From Octopus vulgaris (taxonomy: Eukaryota): DNA of 64,000 nucleotides. The stretch spans positions 53,320,001 through 53,384,000 of the forward strand of contig OX597821.1 of NCBI GenBank assembly GCA_951406725.2, written 5' to 3'. The position numbers and the translations under genes are program-made. Below are positions 29,346 through 44,093 of the stretch, in pieces. Positions within the stretch are counted from its first letter, which is position 1; each line of letters opens with the position of its first letter. The notes beneath the pieces are model-generated. The model saw only the letters and a program-made list of their open reading frames with translations, was not told the DNA's origin and searched no databases.

Positions 29346-29543
29346 TACTCTTTAACTTGTTTCAGTTATTTGATTGCGGCCATGCTAGAGCATAGCCTTT
29401 AGTCGAGAAAATCGACCCCAGGGCTTATTCTTTGTAAGCCTAGTACTTATTCTATCGGTTCTTTTGACGAATCCCTAACTTACGGGGAGTAAACTCACTA
29501 ACATCGGTTGTCAACCGATGTTGGGGGGACAAACACAGACACA

Positions 29544-29605
<62 letters not shown>

Positions 29606-29760
29606 CGACGGTCTTCTTTCAGTTTCCGTCTACCAAATCCACTCACAAGGCTTTGGTCACCCCGAGGCTATAGTAGAAGACTTGCCCATGGTGCCGCGCA
29701 GTGCGACTGAACCCGGAACCATGTAGTTGGTAAGCAAGCTACTTACCACACAGCCACTTC
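29346..29760 (-). mobile_element. Near full-length tRNA-derived SINE with internal (CA)n(TA)n tract
   Basis: Minus-strand tRNA-like head agtggctgtgtggtaagtagc...ggttccgggttcagtcg; fragments of the family occur at 6170, 15360 and 26610. Confidence 0.85.
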
Positions 29761-31095
29761 TATATGGACTATTACTCTACACAATAGCTTCAAACTTTGA
29801 ATCTTTAGACACCCTCTGAGGATATATTTGCTTGACACACCGACTTCTATTCTGTATTTTTTAGATATCCTCTCCTGACAAATGTAATACGATTTCGCCA
29901 GTGAATACCTGTCTATCATCGTTTAAGTTTTAACAAACCGAACAAGAAATAGAATCGAAGACTTTCTAAATTCTTGACATATGGGAAAAGTTTAAGAATT
30001 AGTGTTTAAACAATCGTGACAAATTTGAAATCAATCGGAAAACTTAACCTAATTAAACCTTTCCTTTAAACAATCATCTTTAGCGAACAAAATTCAAAAT
30101 ATAACATAATGGAAACAACGTCGTAAAGATATATAAATATACTCGCCAAAAGAAAACAAAAAAAAATAACGTAACCAAACAGCTTTCCACGAGTTCCTCT
30201 AGTTTGTATATAATTTCTTTCGAATTTTGGGACTTTAATTATTGATGCTCTACGAGTTCACCGTATTGAATAATTATATTCAATCTCAGCGTATCTTGTC
30301 CTGTCTCTAATTGACATGTCGCCCCCAAAATTGATCTTTCGTTTTCAAAGTAGACCTTGGGAAAAATACGGGCCATATTGTGACAAAATAAATGAATTCC
30401 TGTATAAATAAATGGCTATACACTATTGTCATTGCTGGGTTGATATTCTCCCTCATTATTTCTCCAGCTCCCGAATATTTCTATTAGGAATTTGCTTAAG
30501 AAATTATGTTTATTAAACAAACACGTCATGTTAAGGAGACTTCCATGTTGGAGTTTCATATCTAGAATATTCAAAAGCTAATCTTTCATATAATCTTTTA
30601 TATAAATTGCGAAAATATATAACTGACACATGTGAAAATGAAAACTTAATTGACAATTACATTGGTCCTGTGTCTTCTGATAGTGAACTTTCTCCCAGCA
30701 TGTGTAATTAACGTTGCCAAGAAACTACTGTGTACAGATTACTGGAGGAATGATATTGTTAATAAAATGCTTTTGTTTTTAATTAGAGTTTATAATATGA
30801 ACGGAATGATAAATTAGATTAAAATAAGAATTCTTATGTGCATGTGTACTGTAATTTCCAGGATACCCGAGTTCTTAGATAACATAATTAAATTTAAGTA
30901 TTATACATTGGGAAAAACACTCGTAGAAAGCATAAACACATACATGCACATATATGCACAGTTTGCTATCAAATCAATGCATATGTGAGTATACACAATG
31001 CGGGAACAGTTTATCTGTAGAGAAAAAATGATTAATTTCATGTTGACATTCTTATCAATGACTATTCTTACTGCAAAATCAAGCGTTCAGAATTA

Positions 31096-31149
31096 TATAT
31101 ATATGTGTGTGTGTGTGTGTGCGTGCTCGTGTGTGTATGTGTATTTTTA

Positions 31150-31196
<47 letters not shown>

Positions 31197-31510
31197 GAAC
31201 AGGTGCATGGATATGTAGATGGCTGGTTACACACACACACACACAACATATATATATTTGTATTAGGATCACTATATATATTACATGAGAACGTGTTGCG
31301 TTTTGAGTGTGCCATGCTGCCAATACAAATGTCCGCTTATTAATTCATTCATTAGATACATTTTTATCTCTAACACTTTGTAGCATTAAGAATTTAGAGT
31401 TTTCCTGACCTTATTAGGTCTTCTGCTTTTTATTAAACGGTATCAATTGAGAGCTCATGTGCACAAAGGTAAGCGTATGTGTATACGTGCGTCATTGTGT
31501 ATGTATGGAT

Positions 31511-31579
<69 letters not shown>

Positions 31580-31645
31580 CATATATACCTGTGTATGCAT
31601 ATGTTAATATACAAATATACATATATAATTTATATATATATATGT
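31096..31645. repeat. (TG)n/(TA)n microsatellite tracts
   Basis: Read directly from the sequence. Confidence 0.9.
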
Positions 31646-31975
31646 ATATTGAAGAGTATGGTTCTTTATGTGTAGGTTTGACTAACATTTTAATGCAATG
31701 CAATAATGACATAAATAATAATTACAAGATTACTGTTTCATGATAACCAAGCAAAAACATTACTATTTGCATGGCAATGCATATTTCAATATATGTATAT
31801 ATGTATCCAAATGCGTATATGTGCCTAATACATGTGAGTTCAGAATATATAGGAAATAAATTTCTAGGGTCGACTAAATTAGTTGCATTAAATCTCAGTA
31901 CACTTTAACACAATATTTAAATTAACCCTGTTTTTAAGTTGTCCGCACATACATTCACACAGGGTTGCGTCCATT

Positions 31976-32010
<35 letters not shown>

Positions 32011-32972
32011 AGCATTCTTACACACAGCTCCTGCGCACCCTAGTTCAGCCGGATCACCGTTATTATCCACCTGTCACTCAGGCACATTCTTCCGGTAAAT
32101 TCATTATGTTGAACTCTTAATAACTATACATCGTTTCCACTGACCGTTTTTTGTCGTTCTCTCCATTTTCTTTTCCTCTCCACCCTTTCCTTCGAGGAGC
32201 GTTGGCTCGAAACGTCAATCAGCGTCAAACTAATACACTTGCACTTTGTTCCCTCAGCTGTTTTCGTCTTTTATTTTCTGTACATTTGAACTACACACAC
32301 ACACACACACGCGCACATAAAGGAATAATTTCCTGTTCAACATATATATTTCTCGCTGCATTTAAATTATTTTTGGTATATAATAAGATCTTTTATATTT
32401 CATATCTGAGGTTGTTGGAGTCCCAAATATGCAAGGGATGAAATGCTGTTAGCAGAGACATGCTATTTATGTTGCTTTCATGAAAGAAATTGTTATTTTC
32501 AACGCTCCACATTTTACTCCTTTGTATTTGCATGTGTGTCTCAAATCAAACCAGTTTTATTTATTAAATTTATCGATGTATATTTATTAAAATACGTTTC
32601 TGTAATTGAAAATAGTTGAGTATTGCTGTCAGCAATATCAAACAGCTACATTTTTCTGCTTTTGAGGCCAGATTAAACTGCAAAAATCGCTACAAAAAGC
32701 TATCACACTATATACTTGCAGTGAATATAAATGCTTCACATCTTAGCGTGATGGAATGACAATCAAATTTTCCGAAAATTATTAAACTATTCATAGTTGA
32801 ATTTTAAAAAAAACATGCTTGTTTGTTTATTAAGTAAGCCTCGAAGATATTAACGTTTACATCGAGGATAAGTAAACGCATATAATCGATAATCAACTAA
32901 ATATAATTGTGTGTGTATGTATATATATATATATATATGATAATAATATTATCATTACTATTATCATTATTA

Positions 32973-33145
32973 AGGCGGTGAGCTGGCACAATCGTTAGTA
33001 GGCCGGGCGAAATGCGGTATTTCGTCTGCGGCTACGTTCTGAGTTCAAATTCCGGCGCAGTCGACTTTGCCTGTCATCCGTTCGGAGTCTATAAATCAAG
33101 TACCAGTTGAGTACGAGGATGGATGTGATCGATTGTCCCCACCCC
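32973..33145 (+). mobile_element. SINE copy of the 13827 family
   Basis: aggcggtgagctggcacaatcgttag...gagttcaaattccggcgcagtcgactttgcc. Confidence 0.8.
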
Positions 33146-33562
33146 CGTGACTAAAGTTACGCGCGTTAACAGTTATCAAACTAGTTACAAATTCTGAAAT
33201 ACCTACAGATAAGAAAACATTCACACGTTCACACACACTCACACACACACAAGAACATACTCATTCACACAACTGATTCAACCACACGAACACGCACACC
33301 AGACCACACATGCACGCCTCCACAATCATACTCTCACATAATTCCGAGGCACATCTACATTAACGCAAGGACGTACATGCTAGTCCGCGTGCACTGAAGC
33401 ACCAGAACACGTTACTACACACTTTTACGCGCGCAATCACCACCCAAGCACACATACACACACATAGATATGAGCAAGCACAAGCACAAGCACATAGTCG
33501 TACAATCCGGAAACAGGCGAGAATAAATGATTTATCATCCCACATGTTAGGATTCGAATATA

Positions 33563-34128
33563 TTGGGTTGTCCGGAAAGTTCGTGCCGATTTTTAAAGGA
33601 AAGAGAAAGGTCAATAATTACTTGCCATTACATTTTTAATCAACCAAATATGAACCATTTTGTTGCACAATGCGTCTCCATCTTTCCTTTAACTTGAAAA
33701 TATCCTCTTCCCAGAATTGAGGTGGTTTCATGGCAAATAATTCATCAAGGTATCTTTTTATGTTATCCAAGGAATCGAAATTTTTATCATTAAGACTATT
33801 CTGCAGAGACCTGAATAGGTGGAAATCCGAAGGAGCAATATCTGGTGAATATGGAGGGTGGGGTAACACATCCCAGCCGAGCTACAGCAATTTTTGTCTG
33901 GTTCCCAAAGCATCAAGTGCCGAAAATGAACTTTCTTATCTTCCATTTTAAAGGGTTACAGAATTAATAGAGGTTATTGGAACATAAACCTTCTTCCACG
34001 AAAAGATATCTTTAACTGTGCTCTAAATGGAGGTGTAGTCAAATCCTATTTTATGCGCTAGACCATGTTCTAAAATAAATCGAAATGTAAGCTACTACAA
34101 ATCGGCACGAACTTTCCGGACCACCCAA
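33563..34128 (-). mobile_element. Internally deleted mariner DNA transposon
   Basis: ~30-bp TIRs ttgggttgtccggaaagttcgtgccgattt / aaatcggcacgaactttccggaccacccaa, flanked by TA. N-terminal MEDKKVHFRHLMLW is joined to C-terminal LPHPPYSPDIAPSDFHLFRSLQN. Confidence 0.92.
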
Positions 34129-34236
34129 TATAACACATAATGAATAGGCACACAAGCATGCATACGCAAACACCTAAGCATAGATTCAGAAAGATATATA
34201 TTCAAAACCACCGCCAAATACAGACACACATGTATG

Positions 34237-34375
34237 AAGGCGGTAAGCTGGCACAATCGTTAGCAGGGCGGGCCTAATGCGGTATTTCGTCTGCGGCTAC
34301 GTTCTGAGTTCAAATTCCGGCGCAGTCGACTTAGCCTGTCATCCGTTGGGGGGTCTATAAATCAAGTAGCAGTTG
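34237..34375 (+). mobile_element. SINE copy closely similar to the 32973 copy
   Basis: Shares diagnostic variants (gcacaatcgttag, ggcgcagtcgac, gcctgtcatccgtt, gtctataaatcaagta). Confidence 0.8.
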
Positions 34376-34492
34376 ATACACACTCACTGATCCGAATGAC
34401 CCACATAAGCACGTACTACAGACCAGTCAACTCTCTCTCACGCACACACCGGAACAAATACACGCGTACGCATGTACTCACCCATGCATACA

Positions 34493-34535
<43 letters not shown>

Positions 34536-35654
34536 CAGGTTTTTCTCTTCCCATCCATATATTAAAGATTACGTTTTAAACCCATCAGTCTTCAGTCGAC
34601 ATGAGACTGACCAAGACCAATAAAGGACAAACGGCAAAACCCTTAAACAGACCACGGTTGGCTACCGCTTAAACTTCCACAAACTTGTACAAGCAGTCAT
34701 ACACACATAACCCCCCCACACACACACACACGCACAGAAACATACAAAACTTTCGTTTACTCTCACTTTTCCGCCTTTTCTAAGCAAACACCTCTACATA
34801 CATAGAAGCATGCATACACACAGACATAAGACGAACACTCAGACAGACACAACACATTTTGGAGTGAGAGAGAAAGTCAGTTAGTGATAAGCTCGCGAAC
34901 AGTGACAAAGGAAGTTTGACTAACAACAACCGATTGATCGTTTAAAGCAGCACATTGAACAAACGATCAATCAGCCGGTTATATATTTAACCAATTGACT
35001 AACTAACAACGAAGAGATAGAATGGAACCGGTGGATGCTATGTTCTTATTGATGTGAGAAAGAGAGTTTACTGTTCCGTTATGGTAATATCAACAAAATA
35101 TTGCTCTATCCAGTGAGAAATAAGTAGCATTTCATGTACACAAATTAAAGGTGAGAGCTACTTATTGTATCTTGCTGTGACGGCAGGTAGTGAGGCAAGA
35201 GTTTATTATGTGCAGCGTCTCGAAGCAATCTTTATGCTCCGAGCATGCTGCGTTCTATTTGAAAATTGGGACGGTGGTTCATCAGAAACCATAAGAGAAA
35301 AAGAAAAGACAGCGGCTCAATCTGGTGAAGGCGGTTTTTCACCTGTTTGGAAAAAGAAATTTACAAACAGACGCGCGCGTGCGCACACATATGAATTAAT
35401 ATAAACAGTTATGCGCAATATAGTACCGTTAAGGAAAACTTTTATCGTCACTAAATGTGTATGGACAGTGCCTAAGCAACTATTTTGCTGGAAATAAGAG
35501 TTAAAGTTTCTTAATGCTCTAAGAAGAGCGCAACATGTATACATAGAAGGGGAGATAACCATCCCATCACCTTCTCTAGGATCATTAGACTAGACTACTT
35601 TCACCTATTTCGTAGACATCATCAGTAGTTGCTACTTGTATTATACATACATAC

Positions 35655-36210
35655 ATGGTGGCTGCCCCCTCGTTATCGAGTATGGCCATTGCACGAAGCT
35701 TAATCAATGTTGTTATTGTGCAATGCCTGTGCAAGATTTTTTTTAAAGTGAGGAAAGGCTGTGCACTGAGTCAATCCCACTCACTAAGCAACAGCAGCCA
35801 TAATCCAAAAAGAAGAACAAGTCAACATCATCGGTAACCACTGAGCCGCAGGTTTTATGTCGGAGTCATCCCAGTTACCTGAGTTACCTTCTCCTAGAAG
35901 GATGCCCTAACAAAGGCTAGGAGTCCTTCACTCCCAATGGCTTAACCGCACGATCGGGTATTCAGTCCGATTATTTCTATGTCCCCGTGCATGATACAGC
36001 TTTAAGACATTTATTGGATGACCGTTGACTGTCGAGAGTTCCTCCGCCATTTTAACGGGTTTTGTTTTTCATTCCGCAGGTTGTCCAATAAACACCCTCC
36101 TCACCAAGCAGGCTTGGCAGGGTTTCCGGTTTAGTTGCCGACGACCCGACCATGCAGCGGGTTGTACTGGATTACATGTTACCAGTAGCACGCGAAAGTG
36201 ACCTGACGTA
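35655..36210 (-). mobile_element. Probable non-autonomous RTE-related retroposon
   Basis: GC-richer ~555-bp island bounded by (TACA)n on both sides. The segment gagttaccttctcctag...aaggctaggag resembles RTE-type UTRs (from memory, not searched). Confidence 0.4.
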
Positions 36211-36377
36211 ACATACATACATACATAAAATACAAAATGGGACAAGAACGCAAAACATCTGGACAACTAGGTGATACAAAAAGGGACAACAAAACAACCA
36301 GATAGACGATACGAAGAAAACAAGGGCGTGCCATTCAAAGTTTTCTATCTTCAGTCAAGAACCAGATTATCCTCGCA

Positions 36378-36439
36378 ATATACATACATACATACATACA
36401 TATATACATACATACATATATACATACATACATATATAC

Positions 36440-36488
<49 letters not shown>

Positions 36489-36490
36489 CA

Positions 36491-36526
<36 letters not shown>

Positions 36527-36616
36527 TATACATACATACATATATATATATATACATACATATGTATGTAATATATATACATACATACATATATATACAT
36601 ACATACATACACATAC

Positions 36617-36655
<39 letters not shown>

Positions 36656-36717
36656 CATATATACATACATACATATATATACATACATACATACATATGT
36701 ACATACATACATACATA

Positions 36718-36783
<66 letters not shown>
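36378..36783. repeat. (TACA)n/(TA)n microsatellite
   Basis: Read directly from the sequence. Confidence 0.95.
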
Positions 36784-36790
<7 letters not shown>

Positions 36791-37234
36791 AATTAGAGAT
36801 AAAACCACTATTAGGCAACTCAAACAGTGATAGACATAAACCAATACATAAATAGCAAATAATATAAATATAATTAATATAATATATAATATAATAATAT
36901 ATATATATAATTTTTTTTTCCCCAAAAGTATAAAAAGAATGATAAATATAACATTATAAGTAAAAACACAACGTACGTTTTAGCCATGAAAGGTACGTAG
37001 TGTTTTTCAAATAATCCTATAAGGTGGCGCTATTAAGTTAGACATGGCCTGGAGCAATCATTGGTCGAAACACATCTAAGTTTATTTATCATTCTTTTAT
37101 ACTTTTTGGAAAAAAAATTATAGTTATATATACTATATTAATTATATTTATATTATTTATTATTTATGTATGTGTTCATGTCTATCACTGTTTGAGTTGC
37201 CTATTAGTAGTTTTGTCTCTAATTCATATTTTAT
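36781..37234. repeat. Fold-back element with ~160-bp imperfect inverted arms
   Basis: aattagagataaaaccactattaggcaactcaaacagtgatagacat is reverse-complemented near 37178-37224. Confidence 0.75.
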
Positions 37235-38516
37235 ATATTTATACTGTGAAATTTGATTTAATACTAAATCTAATTTTTCCCTGTAAGTTCGGAGCCATAC
37301 TCCCTAATATTAATATATGCTTATATATATATATATACATATGACATCTCCATAAAGCCTTTGAAATGTTTATTTATTATTCATTTTCAGCATTTTAATC
37401 TATACCACCTACATCAAATACGATTACCTTAATTGCCGCTTGCTTTGTCATTATACATCGTCATATCCACCCTATTAGTTTTCCATAACAAATTGGATAT
37501 ATCTATTATAACTTCAGAGAAATTACGTAAATATTATTCACATAAAGAAGACAAAGAAAAGAGATTACTTTTCAATGGCAACGTTTTATAACTTTCGATT
37601 ACTTTGATAATGGTTTTACTCCCTTTCCTCAATTAAATGCGTATACATACGAACTTACACACGAACGCATACAAGCACAAAGACACACGTATGTGTGTGT
37701 GTGTGTGCATAATATAAACAGAAGAAAACATGTAGATAGGCTGGGATTTACCTAATTTCTATATGTTTTTACTTCCAGAAGGTACATATTTGAAGGATGG
37801 GAATTGTGTATTATATTGCCTCAACCACTTTACTACTTATTTTATCCATACAAGAACAATAAAAGCTAAAGTTGACCCTGACACAATTCATAATCAAAAC
37901 AGCAGGCGCGTAACCAAACACCGTAAGCCATTTTTCTGATGTTGTATTAAATGATAATATGATGAAACATGAAAGTTTTATAAGAAACATTAAAATACAA
38001 ATAATATATTCATATATCTGTTTTTATATCAAACTCACTGACTCCATGCAGATGTAAATATCCAATTAAGTATATTCGACAAGGAAATTTAATTTAACAT
38101 ATTGAGAATGCAAACGCTTTCTTGTTTAGCTATAAACAGCAAGGAAAATAACCCTAATAATTTTCGAACACGTTTATCAAATATATAACTCGTCTTCGCA
38201 GAAAGAATATATTTACAATGAAACAAGGAAAAATTAATTCAAAATTCTTATTATGAGACAGTACAAAATATAAATAATATATACTGAAAATTTGTTAGCT
38301 GATCTACAAGAAGAATCAAAAAATATTTTTGGACATTCCATGAACAAGGAGATATAAAATGTAACAACTTAATATCGTAGGTCATTTGTAACAAGTTTTA
38401 AGCTGTATAATAAAACTTTAATTTTATAACTTACCTAAATTTCATTCTAATACATCTCTAGCATAGTTCTCTTCAAAATTGGCCCGTGTATTATTATTAT
38501 ATTATTATTGAATACA

Positions 38517-39530
38517 GTTGGCTAAAAAAGTTCGTTTGGTTTTCTATGCGAAAATAAGAACCTAGGTTTTAAATGGTTTAATTGCCGTTTCATTCCACTA
38601 CCTTCCACTAGCTTGTGTGCAGATCCATTATTTCCTTCTCAAAGAATTTGTCTTTTAGCTGAATTATTACACCCACTTAAGTGTTGAAAGTTGGCTAATA
38701 TGATGTATTTTTAAAAGACCGAAACAGGTATAAATCTGAAGGCACAAGCTCAGTTCATTATGGTCAGTGTGACAAAACTTCTCAGCCAAGCCCCAGTAAC
38801 TTCCCAGGAGTCTGGAAAGAAGTGTGCGATTTGACAGGGTCGCGAAGAAAGATAATGCATTTACGATCAGCACATACTGGAGGCTTCGAGTAGATCGCTG
38901 CGTTTAATCTATCTAAAAAAAAGCAACACCCTTCCATTCTCGCCAACTTGAAAGCAGAGCGCTCTTCAGGTGTTATCCCCTTTGGGATTTGTTGGTGATA
39001 GTTTGCCTGGCTTCTTCCGTTAACTTTTGCAGTTTACATTCTTATACACAATCTATTTCTTTGTCCCCTGCGATCATTCTCTTCAAACAAGTTTCGTCTT
39101 TTCCACGTTTTTGCAAAGAACCGCAGATGAGATTAACATCATTCAGTTGAATGTCGCTATTAATCTCAGATGGCCGGCCAGATTGACGTCCGTTTTGAAG
39201 CAGAAAATTCCCAATTGAAATCTTGGAAATCAATTCAGACACACACGTTCCGCAACAGCATCCTTTCTACACACTATGCATATTATCCTGCATGTTTCCG
39301 TTGCTTAAAAAAATATACAAGTTTCCATAATGTTAAAAAATATATGTTTCGATAAAGTTAGTTTTGGTTCTCCATTTTCAGAGTGTAGCATACAAGCTAC
39401 AACGTCTCATCTTAATTTCACCTCGAACTATGTTCATGTGTCAAGCATCTAACATGTGCATGGGATAGACTAAAGTTAGCTACGTATTAGAGTTTACTGT
39501 CGGCGATAATCGAATGTGTTTTTGACCATC
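38517..39530 (-). mobile_element. Heavily decayed mariner-like transposon
   Basis: Minus-strand GNFLLQNGRQSGRPSEINSD and KRMIAGDK (GDEKW-like); weak TIR remnants at both ends. Confidence 0.55.
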
Positions 39531-41439
39531 TCAGTATGTTTCATTAATATATTTTCTAACCTAGTAAGCAATGCAGCTAAACAAAGATGACAAATATCTA
39601 AAGATATGCAAAGTAGACGGAGATAAACACCAAATAGATTAGGTTGAGATCAGTTGTATTTTTCAATTCCTATGCTGGTTACTGGAAAATAATCTATAGT
39701 AGAGTCCATTATATTAACTCTCTCCATCCTAATCCTTATGTGATCGGCATCGCAGGTGTAAAAGCCAAAGCAGATGAGTGTTATGTGGACTCAGACATAA
39801 ACGTATTTGCCCAATCTATTTAATGATTCTCTTGTCTAAGCACCAATAATGGTATCTAAGCACTAATGTAAATTTAGTTTAAAAATTGTGACCCGGCTAC
39901 ATTGTAGAATACTTTGAATATTAGATATCTAGAAGAAATGTATTCCTTTTTTAACTGAATACCTTCCAGATTGCTACTTTTTTTATCTTAATACTATTTT
40001 GAATATTAAGAGGAATCATATTTAGGGAATCATATTAAAAGCGATATATTGACTGCTGTCATGTAGGCAATTGAATTTGCGCACAATTTTGATTTTAGAT
40101 AACAGTACTAGATACAATTAATTTCCACGAAATTTAGCCAACTACACTGATATATTATTCATTGGGAATATTTCATCAAGCACAAAAGCCTGCTCCGAAA
40201 TATCTTTCACATCAAAGAGAAATCAATACACAAGTAATATCAACAATATGATTATTGCTTTATATAAAGTGGTTTTTCGTACAGATTTATCGGCAGAGAT
40301 ATGCGTAAATAAACGCAAAACAACACAGGATGAATTATCTATATGGATGCTTATTCAACGCAAGATTTAGCGATGACGGTGATTTCTCCTACAATCCCAA
40401 AACGGGTGAGATTAAACATCTTATCATCACAGCTTTTAGGATTCGAATATTTAACACATAATCAACTTACACTGAAATCATTGCACATTAGGGGGAAGAA
40501 AAGAATAATTACAATGAAAATGATATGAATCTGCTTGTAATGTCAAAAGAACTAACAAAGTTAATGGATTGTAAATTAAATACAAACAAATTTATCGATA
40601 ATGATTGTTTACAAAAATCTAGAACAGAATTTGCTACTGTTATTGTATAATCTTCTGACGAATTTGATGAAGTACACATTTTATCAAAAAGCATTGCAGC
40701 TGTGATTGCCCTCCGTGTTTATTTATTTGATTCTGAAATAACATACTTAACAACACATTGTTCATGGTAACCTCTTTTCTAAACGACACGATATGATTTG
40801 GAAGATATATAGTCATATGTCAAGTGAACTGAGCACCCTCAATGAGAGAGTAGATGTTTACATCTCAATACAGGAAATACAATGACTGAAACTACGTCGT
40901 CAATAACCCTCGTTACCATACATAATCACAACAACATTACCACACTACCATGATCACGACTCCTGATAGCTTTTTGTGTCGAAGGCTTGGACAGTAAGAC
41001 TCAAAAACGAGCCATAAATAACTCTAGAATTATATGATTGTGTAGTTATCAATTAAAAGACATTCAATCAAAACGGAATAAGACACACAACCGCCTTTCA
41101 GAAACCTCATTATATGTGAGTTCTTTAGACATTAGGCTACTACTAGGTAGAACACTTGACGGTGATGAATAATTATTCATAATAAATGAAAGCATTATTC
41201 ATAGCTAAACATACAATCCATTTCTATGGACATCTGAATTTCAAACAACAAATTAAGGAAAAATGCACGCATTATTTTTTCTCAGAACGGGAATGTCGGA
41301 AATATTTTTTCGGCGCCTCATAGAAAGTTGTTGATATCCATCAGAATATCTTATCTTAAAAATGGGTATCTGCCTCAAATGATTACAAGGGACAGTTAAT
41401 GATGTTTAACAAGGGAGCATATTAGTTGAAATTTACAGT

Positions 41440-41600
41440 ATAAAACAAAAGACGAATACAGGTGTATGAACAAACACCATGTGTATTAGTTTGACGATCG
41501 GGAAAGTGAGAAAGCCTTTTACGTTTCGAACTTCCGCTCTTCAACAAAAAGGAATAAGAGAGAATAAACACAGAAAGAATAAGCATGGCTACATGTAGGT
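41440..41600 (-). mobile_element. Degenerate pseudo-LTR-like relic related to the 21370-21548 copy
   Basis: gtattagtttgacgatcgggaaagtgagaaagccttttacgtttcgaacttccgctcttc resembles the 21.4-kb copy. Confidence 0.5.
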
Positions 41601-44052
41601 TCTTATATTTGAATGTCTAATTAAGCGATTCCTGTTGGAGAAGGTGATAAGATATAAGAAAATTAAACAATGATGGAAGAGTTCTTATTCCATTAATGAT
41701 GCTATGTTGTGCACCATATGGCACATCTGCAAATGTGTGTATTAGACAGCACAGTAAAGGTGGAACGCTGTATACTTAATGTAAATTCAGTACATTGGTA
41801 TCGTTAGCCTTACGTTATTATATATACACACAAGAGAAAAATTCCCCAGTACTTATTTTAAAATCAGTTTTCTTAGTCTAATATACACCACTTTAATGAT
41901 TTAAAACATAGCTTCTTAAGACTCTGATCGATCTGTGTGTGAGTGTGTGTTATCTAAGTGAGTGACAGATGGTACGTTTAAAAATTCACGGATATATTAC
42001 ACGTGCGTACATTCGCATGCTCAGATATGTATATATGTATGCATATAACTATATATTCATGTACGCGTATGTGTTGAAAGCATACATCGGTTCATTTGAA
42101 TATGTTTCTATAGGGATATTTCTTCAAATATCAATAATAGAAAATTTATTTATTCAAGCATTTCCAAATATATTTTGTAAAACAAAAAACAAGTAGCAAC
42201 TGAAGTTTATTAAAATTTAAAACAATATCTGAGTTGGAATAACTTTTTCACTCATATATCTATCAAATCTAGTTTGGAAGTTCAGTTATCTGATGACAAT
42301 TCTTACTTTAACTATATTTCATTATTCGAACATCCTTCTTTATAATACAAACTTTTAGGAATATTAAATTCATTAAATATCTTTATATCAAATATCGAAT
42401 TTTTAAGACTAAATTTTAAATGCATATTGAGTGAAATTTCACATGCAAGATAATACATGAGTTATCTTATAAAAATTAATTTCGATAAAATACTCCAGCT
42501 ATAAATTATGCAAAGGAGTTGTTTTATTATATCAATACTAGCCCCTTACAATACAATCCATCAATTTTCCCAAGAAAGTGGGTTATCCTGCAGAGATTTC
42601 TTTTTCTTTTTTTCTTTCTGAAACATCATCATAAAAAAAAAAATAATGATATTCAAATAATGTCAAATTTATGCTCAATATCTTTCCCCATAATTCAATC
42701 CTACATTTCGAAATTAAGGTCAACACCTCATTATACTTGTATTTTTGTTCAGTGATAAAGGAGATATAAGGTTGGAGAGATGATATATTCTGGTATAGAG
42801 TAACAACCATAAAAACAGCTTATTGAACGCATGTCATTTCGATAGAAATCATTTCTTTAGATGACAGAATATTCTTTCTAGAAAATGGAACTTTCTCATG
42901 CAATCAGACAGTAATACGTTTATCAGATAATGTGTTTATGACAGAAAGAAAAAAAAAAGATTTCAATAAAATACAGCATAAAATATTTGTTTCAGATCTC
43001 AGTTCTGCAGCACCATTAACAGAATGTAAATATATGAATTTATTGAATCTCTGATAATCACATTAAATAGTTACATCGCTAACGTTTGCGATGAAAAGAA
43101 TGTTATAGCTACATTATGGAGGTACTTTTCACTATATTATCAAAACAGCATTGAATTACAAGTTGCAGGAACTGAGAATGGGATCTATTATTAGAGGTAG
43201 GAGTAAAAAGCAAAGTTACAAAACTGCAATGAAATATTAAGTAATAAAATAATTCTTCAAATAAATTCACTGATATCACAACGACAGAATAATTGTAACA
43301 CAAACTTGTTACTCATTGCACAGAAACCTAAATATATAAATACATCCTTAGTTGCTATATATCTATATATTTTGTTTTGTTAATGAGTTAATTTTCACGT
43401 TCGAAAACAACAAAGAAGGGGAAAAATTTACGAATACACACCCGTATCGACATTAGTGAAATCCATTTGACTGAAGTTGATTATTTTCACAAACAGACGA
43501 TAATAGAAAATACAAATGAAGCGTGCCATATTTTTATTATTTCATAGTTCGTACAACGGGCTTTTCGAGTCTTGGTCATCGACAGGGAATTATAAATCAT
43601 TATATATTTTCATACATTCATACACACGTACATATGTAAATACATGCACACATACCTATATAGATATATATGTGTGTAGTTCCCTTAGACCGTCGTGTCA
43701 TCGATAGAATGACCACAATGCACCTATGTTACCTTCATAACCGCTGAAGGTCATCCTCCTTCAAGTTTGACCTCAGTGAATTTCTTGCAGAGGAAAGCGG
43801 AAAGATTGAATATAAGACAAAAATAGATTTGAGGGTATTTCTGTAGATAGATATAAGTTTCTTTTAACGGATCTTGAATTCAGTAAAGACAAAGTTGATC
43901 TCGGCGAGATTTGAAAGCCTAACATTCCACTAGCTGTTACTCCAAGATTCGTCTTTCTAATCAGTGCATATTTATTGAAAATTTCTCGAAAATGTTAGAA
44001 CTTTGACATCGTAGTGAGTACCTTGATTTCTCTATCCTTGAGCGCGTATTAC

Positions 44053-44054
<2 letters not shown>

Positions 44055-44090
<36 letters not shown>
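44055..44090. repeat. (TA)n tract, left flank of the PLE insertion
   Basis: Directly abuts the inverted pseudo-LTR. Confidence 0.9.

Positions 44091-44093
<3 letters not shown>

Noticed and set aside
40509-40732. Possible minus-strand exon (MLFDKMCTSSNSSEDY...)
   Set aside because: Short, no recognised domain, and such signals arise by chance in AT-rich DNA.
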